Below, in pieces: positions 1 to 6,743 of a stretch of DNA of 20,000 nt (within the stretch, counting starts at the first letter, position 1; the number at the start of each line of letters is the position of its first letter). The notes under the pieces are model-generated. The model saw only the letters and a list, made by a program, of their open reading frames with translations, was not told the origin of the DNA and did no database searches. The stretch is from an uncultured virus (IMG/VR IMGVR_UViG_3300030336_000001) (lineage: Duplodnaviria; Heunggongvirae; Uroviricota; Caudoviricetes). The stretch lies in IMG/VR virus record IMGVR_UViG_3300030336_000001; one strand, 5' to 3'. Made by a program: the position numbers and the translations under genes.

Positions 1-110
1 AGCTCACCCATGAACCCGTACTTCGTCTCGGCATCCTTGTGCTGCTCGTGTGCGGCAGCCAGACGGTCACGCATGCTGGACACGAAATCGGACTGGTGTT
101 GCTTCGCCAT
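1..110 (-). CDS. 5' part of a gene running off the window (MAKQHQSDFVSSMRDRLAAAHEQHKDAETKYGFMGE...), possibly a ssDNA-binding protein
   Basis: ATG at 110-108 with AAGGAG Shine-Dalgarno upstream, open to the window edge. SSB identity is inferred only from its position after a Sak4-like ATPase. Confidence 0.6.
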   Translation of the reverse strand, partial: MAKQHQSDFVSSMRDRLAAAHEQHKDAETKYGFMGE

Positions 111-231
111 TGTGTTAGCTCCTTTATGCTAGATACTGTAGTGAACAATGTCCTCTGGCTCGCATTTGTTACTCCCCTAGAGGACGTAGGTGAGTTGTGT
201 TTAGTCTCCGATGCAAGCCTGTCGGAGTTGT

Positions 232-331
232 TGGTGGCACTGCCTAGACTGCAACGAGCAGTTTACCCTTCTAGAGCTTGTAGTCCTCGTAAGACCAAGC
301 CGTACCAGAGGCAGGAGTGGTACACAGTGCC
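232..331 (-). ncRNA. Candidate structured RNA: four-way junction with a 7-bp closing stem and 3' ACCA (tRNA-like, not a canonical tRNA)
   Basis: Stems read by eye (plus coordinates): 236-242/325-331, 302-307/318-323, 276-280/296-300 plus 283-287/291-295, 244-247/271-274 plus 248-252/258-262. A G-U pair works only on the minus strand. Confidence 0.45.
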
Positions 332-334
332 GTG

Positions 335-1183
335 TTACCCGTTGATCAACGCCATGATCTTCTCATAGCTGGGGTCAACAATTTCTGGAGGAAGTTCTTT
401 GAACCTCGGTGCTCTGAACTTTGTAATATACACCTCTGGGCACTGAATCCGCAAGCAGTGTTCCTTTTTTCCTGTGCGAATTCTGCTTTTACCAGCCGGT
501 CCCTTGCTCGGGCGCTCAACCACTTCCTCTCTGACGAACATCTCGCAGATGTAATCTGCTGCCTGGTTCAGCCATCCCGCAACCGACGGAGTGAGTGCTG
601 GTCCAATATATGGCACGCCAACCGGGGTGTCATCTTCTTTGAAACTACGCTCCTGTGCAACAACAACCACGTTACAGGTGTGGTCGAACAGTGGCCGCAT
701 CAGCTCTTTGCACTTTACACCTAGTTGACCGTACTGTTCTCGTGTCATCAAGCCCCAACTCTTCTGAACCGGCACCCGATCCAACCCCAGTATCTCCTTG
801 ATCAGCAGGTCTTGTAAGCCCGTTGCGTGGTCGACCACGACAGTCCTGTAGTTATGAATACCCTCCAGAAGCATTGGTATCTGGGCACTGTCAACTATAA
901 CCTTCGGTTCGATCACCTCCCTCAACTCCGGTGTGTCGATGCTCCTCAACTCGCCCGGTCTGGCACCACCGGAGATAACCAGTGCCAGTATGGGCTTCTC
1001 GAATGTCGCCCAGAGGGTAGTTTTGCCACTCCCTGGAGAGCCGTACAGCACCATCTTGACGCCCTCATCCTCTGACGGCCAACCGGACAAAGCCTCCTGC
1101 ACTACCCTCGGTGGCTGGGCCACCCTACCAGTACCCGTCCTGGCTACTGGCCTTGGTGTCTGCTTGGATATGCTAGGTGGCAT
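335..1183 (-). CDS. Phage AAA ATPase, AAA_24/Sak4-like recombination protein
   Basis: Walker A YGSPGSGKTT, Walker B-like TVVVDH, VVVVAQE strand, GPALTP motif; adjacent to an exonuclease; GGAGG SD. Confidence 0.8.
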   Translation of the reverse strand: MPPSISKQTPRPVARTGTGRVAQPPRVVQEALSGWPSEDEGVKMVLYGSPGSGKTTLWATFEKPILALVISGGARPGELRSIDTPELREVIEPKVIVDSAQIPMLLEGIHNYRTVVVDHATGLQDLLIKEILGLDRVPVQKSWGLMTREQYGQLGVKCKELMRPLFDHTCNVVVVAQERSFKEDDTPVGVPYIGPALTPSVAGWLNQAADYICEMFVREEVVERPSKGPAGKSRIRTGKKEHCLRIQCPEVYITKFRAPRFKELPPEIVDPSYEKIMALING

Positions 1184-1197
1184 ACGCCCTCCTATTG

Positions 1198-2424
1198 TTA
1201 GGTACTAAGTTCCGGGAACAGATTGTCGGTTCGCTCCAGCCCAGCCTCACTGCCGCTGTGCAGGTACTCATCCAACTCGGAAGAGCCACCCTCATCCAGT
1301 ACGTTGTACACTCCGAACGGGTGCCGCCAGTGGGCACCCCTACCACCGGCATTCATCCAGCAGTCCTCGGTTTCCTGGAGCCACCCCCACCAGTCGCACA
1401 GGCTCTCCAGTATGGGGTCTAGGCACTCCTTGGTGAACCGTCTTACATCGGCAGGGCTAATCTCAACCCGCCACCGCATGAAGAAGTTGTCCGGCTCTTC
1501 CATTATAACAGAGGCGAGTCGAGAGTAAAACTCGTCCTGAGTTTCTGGCGGCTTCCCGCCGATCCGCCCATCCCCACCACACTTTACGCACCTGGCACCG
1601 CTGGGCATCTTACCTTCACCCTTGCACTTCCCGCACTTAGCCCCGGCAGTACCCTTGCCCCTGACTATACTACCTTTCCCTCCAGAGAGTGGCCTCCGGA
1701 CCACGTTGTAACGTACACCACCGATTAGATACTCTCTACCGTCGGCGTGTCTGTAGTGACCCAGTCGTGCCAGGTCAGGACTCGGATTGTTGTATAGGGC
1801 GGTCATGTACATCATGGTCTGCAAGTCGAAGTGCAGTTGCTTCTTAAGTGCCTCCGGTTGCACGTCACCCTTCGTCTTGTTCTCCTGGATGTACACGGCT
1901 GCGTTCCTGCCCTTACCAATCAGGTCAACGCTGTCCCACTTACCCCGGAGAGTAACGATCTTACCTGATGGCAACTGGTATGGAACCCCGAAGGACTCTT
2001 CCTGGAGGAGAGGGGTACGCTGTAGTACATCTGGGTGTTCTGACCAGTAGTACAGATATAGTGGGAACTGTGTAGAACACACGTTCATCCAGTGTTCAAT
2101 GTTATCCTGGTCGGTGGGGTACTTCCTCATCAACTGGCCACAGTAGTCTGCTAGATAGCCCTGCCACTCATAGCCCTGTGCCCACATCTCCTCACATATG
2201 TGCCACATCTGACCATACTCGATACGATGGTTGAACCCTGACGCTGGCTTCAGACCCTCTACAACCAGTAACCTGAACCTCTCACGACACACGATGAATC
2301 TGCTGAGCAGGGAGAAGGTGATGCCGTCAACCTCCGGTCCCTTCCACACCGGGCCTGACCGAGCCTTTGGCCTGACCCTGTCAGCAGAGCCTATGCTACT
2401 CTTCAGCTTCTTAACAAAGTCCAT
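1198..2424 (-). CDS. PD-(D/E)XK (RecB/Cas4-like) phage exonuclease with an inserted CxxCxGxG zinc finger
   Basis: N-terminal TFSLLSRFIVC..RF, GQMWH, motifs E-E / LRGKWD / ENKT / QTMMY; insert CGKCKGEG...CVKCGGDG. Confidence 0.75.
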   Translation of the reverse strand: MDFVKKLKSSIGSADRVRPKARSGPVWKGPEVDGITFSLLSRFIVCRERFRLLVVEGLKPASGFNHRIEYGQMWHICEEMWAQGYEWQGYLADYCGQLMRKYPTDQDNIEHWMNVCSTQFPLYLYYWSEHPDVLQRTPLLQEESFGVPYQLPSGKIVTLRGKWDSVDLIGKGRNAAVYIQENKTKGDVQPEALKKQLHFDLQTMMYMTALYNNPSPDLARLGHYRHADGREYLIGGVRYNVVRRPLSGGKGSIVRGKGTAGAKCGKCKGEGKMPSGARCVKCGGDGRIGGKPPETQDEFYSRLASVIMEEPDNFFMRWRVEISPADVRRFTKECLDPILESLCDWWGWLQETEDCWMNAGGRGAHWRHPFGVYNVLDEGGSSELDEYLHSGSEAGLERTDNLFPELST

Positions 2425-2693
2425 TACGCCTCCATTATATCATTGAGACAATCTTTGCAGATAGGACACAGCTTAACCACCACCCCGTGGTTCTCCTTGG
2501 TAATCAACTCGCTACAGATAGTACAGCCGGTCTGACCTTTGGCTCTCTCACCCTTCCTGATGGTAGCCTGTTCCGGTGCGTCGATAGAGATGCTAACACC
2601 GTTGCGGTACAGGTCTTCAACCCTGATCACCACCTTCTCTTTACCCTCACCGATCACGATTGCCTGGCCAATCTCTCTCGTCAGTATCAGCAT
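2424..2693 (-). CDS. csrA: CsrA/RsmA-like RNA-binding regulator with a C-terminal CxxC...CxxC extension
   Basis: MLILTREIGQAIVIG...VSISIDAP...IRKGE aligns by eye with CsrA MLILTRRVGETLMIG...VRIGVNAP...HREE; tail has CTIC and CPIC. Confidence 0.75.
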   Translation of the reverse strand: MLILTREIGQAIVIGEGKEKVVIRVEDLYRNGVSISIDAPEQATIRKGERAKGQTGCTICSELITKENHGVVVKLCPICKDCLNDIMEA

Positions 2694-2696
2694 ACG

Positions 2697-3344
2697 TTAC
2701 CCTCCTAAGATATGGTCCTCGATTGCGTTGCAGATGACCACCACGCAATTCTGTATGACGTACCCACGCTGGGCTATGTTAACTCCAGACTTCAACAAGG
2801 AGCCTGGGTGGATGATGTCAACAACGTGGATGTGCTTCGGTAGTTTGACGCTGTGCTTATAGCCCTGGTGCATATAGTCTCTGGCTACCGCTCCTACTGC
2901 TACTATCAGCTTGGGCTGACAGATGTCTATGAACTCTGACAGTCGCTCCTTGCAGCAACCGATCTGGTCGGGGCACGGCTCGGATACCTTACCCCTCCTA
3001 CCTGTATCGGGGTCAACCTCCTTTGGTATGCAGCAGACTAGGTTGGTCATGGCGTAGGGTATCTCTGGAACCATTTGGTCGATACCCGTGTCATGATCTT
3101 TTACTCGGCAATGGGGTATCGCCTGGTAGATCATATAATCCAGTAGTTTACCAGCCGGACCCACGAACGGCCTGCCCGCACCATCCTCGCTTTCGCCCGG
3201 TGCCTCACCTATGAACAGCAGGTCCGCCGGTATCGTACCCCTTGCGAACACTAGCTTCCGTGCCCTGTCACAGTAATCAGAGCCGCATCCACCGGCCCAC
3301 TTCTTCTTGTGCAACTCATACGGTGTCAGGTTTATGGGTGGCAC
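2697..3344 (-). CDS. Uracil-DNA glycosylase, family 4 / SPO1 polymerase-related
   Basis: LLFIGEAPG-ESED, GRPFVGPAGKLL, TNLVCC-P, PKLIVAVGAVA and HP motifs; Cys residues compatible with an Fe-S cluster. Confidence 0.9.
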   Translation of the reverse strand: MPPINLTPYELHKKKWAGGCGSDYCDRARKLVFARGTIPADLLFIGEAPGESEDGAGRPFVGPAGKLLDYMIYQAIPHCRVKDHDTGIDQMVPEIPYAMTNLVCCIPKEVDPDTGRRGKVSEPCPDQIGCCKERLSEFIDICQPKLIVAVGAVARDYMHQGYKHSVKLPKHIHVVDIIHPGSLLKSGVNIAQRGYVIQNCVVVICNAIEDHILGG

Positions 3345-3827
3345 TCACTCCTCCTTTCCGTTGTTGACTCTAAGACAATACTCAAGGAGCAACAAAGCGT
3401 CTGATGTAGCCAGGGTCACCCTCTCGTCAGGCCACAACTCCTGTGCCTTGGCTTTCAGCCTGCCCTTGAACACAGACTTAGACTCGGTCTTCTTCTTGGT
3501 CGGTAGACCCAGTGCCTTCTGCCACTTCATCGGTGACACGGTCTCAAACCTAGCACGACTGGCCACTAACGCCATCCTGATAGAGCCATAGTTCATGCCT
3601 AGCTTGAACGCCGAGATGCTACCGTTTAGCGGCATGGCGTGGACCAACTCGACAACCGCCACTATCTGACTACCAGGGTATGCGTTGATTACCTCTAGTA
3701 AGTCACGCTCGGTCTGGGGCATGGGTACCGAAGTCAGGATACCTTCGTGTAGCATGGCTATGCCGCCACTTAATCCCGGATCAATACCCATCCATACCTT
3801 GGATCTGCCTACTATCTTAGGCATCAT
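3345..3827 (-). CDS. RuvC-like Holliday junction resolvase
   Basis: GIDPGLSGGIA, AVVE, SAFKLGMNYG, VSPMKWQK and C-terminal SDALLL motifs; GAGGAGG SD. Confidence 0.85.
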   Translation of the reverse strand: MMPKIVGRSKVWMGIDPGLSGGIAMLHEGILTSVPMPQTERDLLEVINAYPGSQIVAVVELVHAMPLNGSISAFKLGMNYGSIRMALVASRARFETVSPMKWQKALGLPTKKKTESKSVFKGRLKAKAQELWPDERVTLATSDALLLLEYCLRVNNGKEE

Positions 3828-3841
3828 TTCCTCCTCTTATT

Positions 3842-3885
3842 GAGAGTGCTATCGCTTCCTCCTTCAGAGAGCGCTATCGCTTCCT
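3842..3885. repeat. 19-bp direct repeat, 2 copies with 1 mismatch, period 25
   Basis: GAGAGTGCTATCGCTTCCT (3842-3860) and GAGAGCGCTATCGCTTCCT (3867-3885). Confidence 0.85.
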
Positions 3886-4122
3886 TTTCCCTAGTACGGT
3901 TACGGTTACCGACTCGTCCTCGTTGACGACCACTCTAACCTCCATGGCGTACCTTCTTGCAGAGGCGTTGTTACGTATCTGCTGTGCCATCGTATAGCCA
4001 CGACCGTTGAAGTCGCGACCTGGATAGATGGTGAAGGGTTCTGTGGTTGCAAACCATTCCTTCCAGGGATACCTCCTGGTATGAAGGTTGTTCTTCTTCG
4101 GCCTGCCACTGTGCACGGCCAC
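3874..4122 (-). CDS. Small basic hypothetical protein, possible DNA-binding protein (MAVHSGRPKK...YPWKEWF)
   Basis: ORF 3874..4179; start moved to GTG 4122 because AGGAGG lies just upstream. Confidence 0.7.
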   Translation of the reverse strand: MAVHSGRPKKNNLHTRRYPWKEWFATTEPFTIYPGRDFNGRGYTMAQQIRNNASARRYAMEVRVVVNEDESVTVTVLGKRKR

Positions 4123-4202
4123 GTCAACCTCCTTTCTATCACAACAACAAGCCCCACCCGCCGTGTCCTTGTTGAGCACGGTAGGTGGGGCGGGATCAAC
4201 TC

Positions 4203-5672
4203 TTACGTGGCGACTCGAACGGGCTTCTTCTTACCTGGCTTAGACTCTGGTTCAGGTGTGGGTTCCGGTTCGGGTACCAGATCAAATCCTTGATCCGGTT
4301 CAAGGTTGGGTTCAGCCTTCCTGGCCTTACGCTTGTCACGGTTCTCCTCTCTACGCTTGATCTCCTGTTCCTTGGCAGCCTCGATCTCCTTCTTGGTTGG
4401 CTGACCCTTAGCAGGAGGCGGCTCGTCCCCGTCACCCTGGTCCTTTGGATCGCCAAGGTCGATGCCACCCAGGTCCGGGCACTCAGCGATGGTACTGATC
4501 TGGGTCTCTGGGTCAGTGTCGTACTTGGGCTTAACAGAGCCGTCGGTCATCTTCTGGTTACTGGCGAACAGTCTCCACGCCTTCACCAGGATAGCCAGCT
4601 TCTCACTGTTAGTGGACACCAACTTGAGCAGCTTCCTCGCTACGTTCAACACGCCATCACCCTTGCCGAACGCGGCCCAAAATTCAACGGCTTTGTCCCA
4701 CATAGAGAAGTCAATCAACTCCTCCTTCGCCTCACCACCTCTGACGGCTGCCAGGTAGACACCCTCACCGGTCTGACTTGCTGCCATCATATACATCATA
4801 CCGGCGGCGAATCCCAGGTTGATATACTCTTTGATGGAGTTGTCACTGTTCTCATCATAGACGTGACTGACGCAACGCATGAGCCTGGGGTGCTTCTCCA
4901 GGAAGTTCAACACCTCGTCGTGTGTACGTCTCGGGGAGAACGAATGCTCTCCGTTGCCGGTCCGGTGCCACAACAATCGGATAGCCATGTCGGTGATCTT
5001 CGCGGCAGCCTTGCGATCCTCTGGCTTCTTGTTGCGGAAGTACTCTGAGCGGAAGATCACGTCGCTGATGGAACGCGCCTTGCAGGTGTCCATCGTGTTG
5101 ACCACCCTATCGGTCTCGCTCAACCCGTAGACGATCAGCTTGTCTATCACACAGGGCTGACCATCCCACAACTCCATCCACCGTGCGTGCTTCTGCCGCA
5201 ACTGGTCTGCCACGATCAGGGCAGGTAGGGTGTGCTGCCCGTTGAGAACCAGTGCCGTCTTGCCGATCAGGATAGGCTCGCCGTTCACGGTCTCTCTGTC
5301 ACCGTTGGGTGAACCATCTTCGTGCATGCCGTTAGGTCCAGCCCACCGTCTGTTCAAGATGGTCTGCGTAAGGTTACTAAAGTTGCTCTGGTAGAACGGC
5401 CTGTTGTTGATGTTGTTCAGACACCACACCGGCTTGTTGTCGGCGTCCTTGAACAACGGGTCTAACCACTTGATACCGTACTGGTCCTTGAATTTCTTAA
5501 CCTCATCTTCATCCCAGGTTGCCCCGAGTAGGAAGATAGCATGTTCGACGGTGACTGGGGTAGCACCCCACGCCTCTTCGATAGCAACCTCCGGGTACTT
5601 AACCGGACGCTCTACTGCCTGGTCAACCAGTTTGCCGGACGCCTTAGTCTTCTTGGGGGTTTTCGTAGCCAT
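4203..5672 (-). CDS. ParB/DGQHR-superfamily-like protein with a charged, Pro-rich C-terminal tail
   Basis: NNRP...W...NGEPILI...VLNGQHTL.AL matches the NRP / NGE-I / DGQHRL pattern of phage ParB-like proteins; AAGGAG SD. Confidence 0.6.
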   Translation of the reverse strand: MATKTPKKTKASGKLVDQAVERPVKYPEVAIEEAWGATPVTVEHAIFLLGATWDEDEVKKFKDQYGIKWLDPLFKDADNKPVWCLNNINNRPFYQSNFSNLTQTILNRRWAGPNGMHEDGSPNGDRETVNGEPILIGKTALVLNGQHTLPALIVADQLRQKHARWMELWDGQPCVIDKLIVYGLSETDRVVNTMDTCKARSISDVIFRSEYFRNKKPEDRKAAAKITDMAIRLLWHRTGNGEHSFSPRRTHDEVLNFLEKHPRLMRCVSHVYDENSDNSIKEYINLGFAAGMMYMMAASQTGEGVYLAAVRGGEAKEELIDFSMWDKAVEFWAAFGKGDGVLNVARKLLKLVSTNSEKLAILVKAWRLFASNQKMTDGSVKPKYDTDPETQISTIAECPDLGGIDLGDPKDQGDGDEPPPAKGQPTKKEIEAAKEQEIKRREENRDKRKARKAEPNLEPDQGFDLVPEPEPTPEPESKPGKKKPVRVAT

Positions 5673-5700
5673 TGTTATAGCTCCTTGTCGTTGGAGGGAT

Positions 5701-6009
5701 TCACTTAGCCGTCGGGCGTCCGACGGTCGTTGTCTTACGAATCAGCCGTTGCTCGTTGCCGTCCGTCGCTTCAATAGGAACAGCCTCTTGCTGAACCTGC
5801 TTTAACTGCATCCTCCTGAATCGGCACAATTCCACTAAGGTAACTGATTGCAGGTCTTCATCACACAACCTACATACAGGTATCTCCCTAGATATCTCCT
5901 GTCTGGTTTCGTTGTGCTTCAGCCCCGGCACACTGCGGTATACCCTATGTACCCTCATCGTGTTATTATGTGGAACCCATACGCCGCACACCCTACATCT
6001 GTAACTCAC
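5701..6009 (-). CDS. Hypothetical zinc-binding protein
   Basis: CRVC and CRLC pairs; first gene after the promoter at 6059-6087; AAGGAG upstream. Confidence 0.65.
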   Translation of the reverse strand: MSYRCRVCGVWVPHNNTMRVHRVYRSVPGLKHNETRQEISREIPVCRLCDEDLQSVTLVELCRFRRMQLKQVQQEAVPIEATDGNEQRLIRKTTTVGRPTAK

Positions 6010-6058
6010 CGCTCATCATCTCCTTGTCGTTCGGGTTATAGGCGAAACTCTGCCGCCT

Positions 6059-6087
6059 ATTATAAACACTGGTTTAACCAGATTCAA
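6059..6087 (-). promoter_or_regulatory. Sigma70-type promoter for the DNA-metabolism module
   Basis: TTGAAT (6087-6082), 17-nt spacer, TATAAT (6064-6059); A/T tracts upstream. Confidence 0.8.
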
Positions 6088-6096
6088 CTGCAAAAT

Positions 6097-6139
6097 TTTT
6101 AGCCGCACAAATTTTGTTCAGAAATTCATGCGGCTAAAA
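6097..6139. terminator. 11-bp inverted repeat after the upstream gene block; possible terminator or operator
   Basis: TTTTAGCCGCA (6097-6107) and TGCGGCTAAAA (6129-6139). Confidence 0.4.
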
Positions 6140-6147
6140 GGTTTACG

Positions 6148-6435
6148 TCAACTTTGGTTTTCAGACGGTAGTAATACCGTTTCAATTCTCAGGTTCACTA
6201 TACGCTCGCTAGGGTGGCAGCCATACCCCATTATGAAACTCTCTGGAGAGGTAGTGTAGTACAGGCTAATGAACTCCTCTGCTTGGTATCGGCTATCGAA
6301 TACGTGGCTTGGCCGAGGATACAGCCAATGGAACGTAAACCTCCACCATGATTCCCTTTCTCTCCAGAAGAACACCTCATACAGTATGCGGTTTGGGTCT
6401 CTCATGTCTATAAGGTCAGCCACTACCAGGAACAT
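6148..6435 (-). CDS. Hypothetical protein, aromatic-rich
   Basis: 95-aa ORF with GGAGG SD, packed against its neighbours. Confidence 0.7.
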   Translation of the reverse strand: MFLVVADLIDMRDPNRILYEVFFWRERESWWRFTFHWLYPRPSHVFDSRYQAEEFISLYYTTSPESFIMGYGCHPSERIVNLRIETVLLPSENQS

Positions 6436-6444
6436 AGTAGCCTC

Positions 6445-6741
6445 CTAGTAACCAGGGAACACCAGTACCGACACGAACTGTGGTATCTCTTCTGGAGGGA
6501 AGGTGTGGATGCTATACTCCATGATCTGCCCGTTGCGTACTATGTATTGCGGTATCTCAACCCAGGGGCCACGCCCCCTTCTTATCTCACTGGCTTGCTC
6601 GTCGTACTTCGCCTTGTCGAAGAACTCCAGCATGTGTTCTTCTAGTGGGCATATGTCTGAACACTGTAGGAATACGCAGCCGATGATCGTTCCCTTCGGC
6701 AGCTTCTGCAGATACACAATCAAGTCTTCTGCTGTCATCAT
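6445..6741 (-). CDS. Hypothetical protein, paralog of 9867..10151
   Basis: Shares (L)I..LQK.P..T.IG, SD..P.E, Y..RNG.IMEY, EE.PQF and FPG motifs with 9867..10151. Confidence 0.8.
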   Translation of the reverse strand: MMTAEDLIVYLQKLPKGTIIGCVFLQCSDICPLEEHMLEFFDKAKYDEQASEIRRGRGPWVEIPQYIVRNGQIMEYSIHTFPPEEIPQFVSVLVFPGY

Positions 6742-6743
6742 GG

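Noticed and set aside
232..331. Canonical tRNA-Arg(ACG)
   Set aside because: D and T arms are oversized and lack the conserved T-loop; kept only as a tRNA-like candidate.
1198..2424. CRISPR-associated Cas4
   Set aside because: No cas genes or array nearby; the context (ATPase, resolvase) fits a phage recombination exonuclease.
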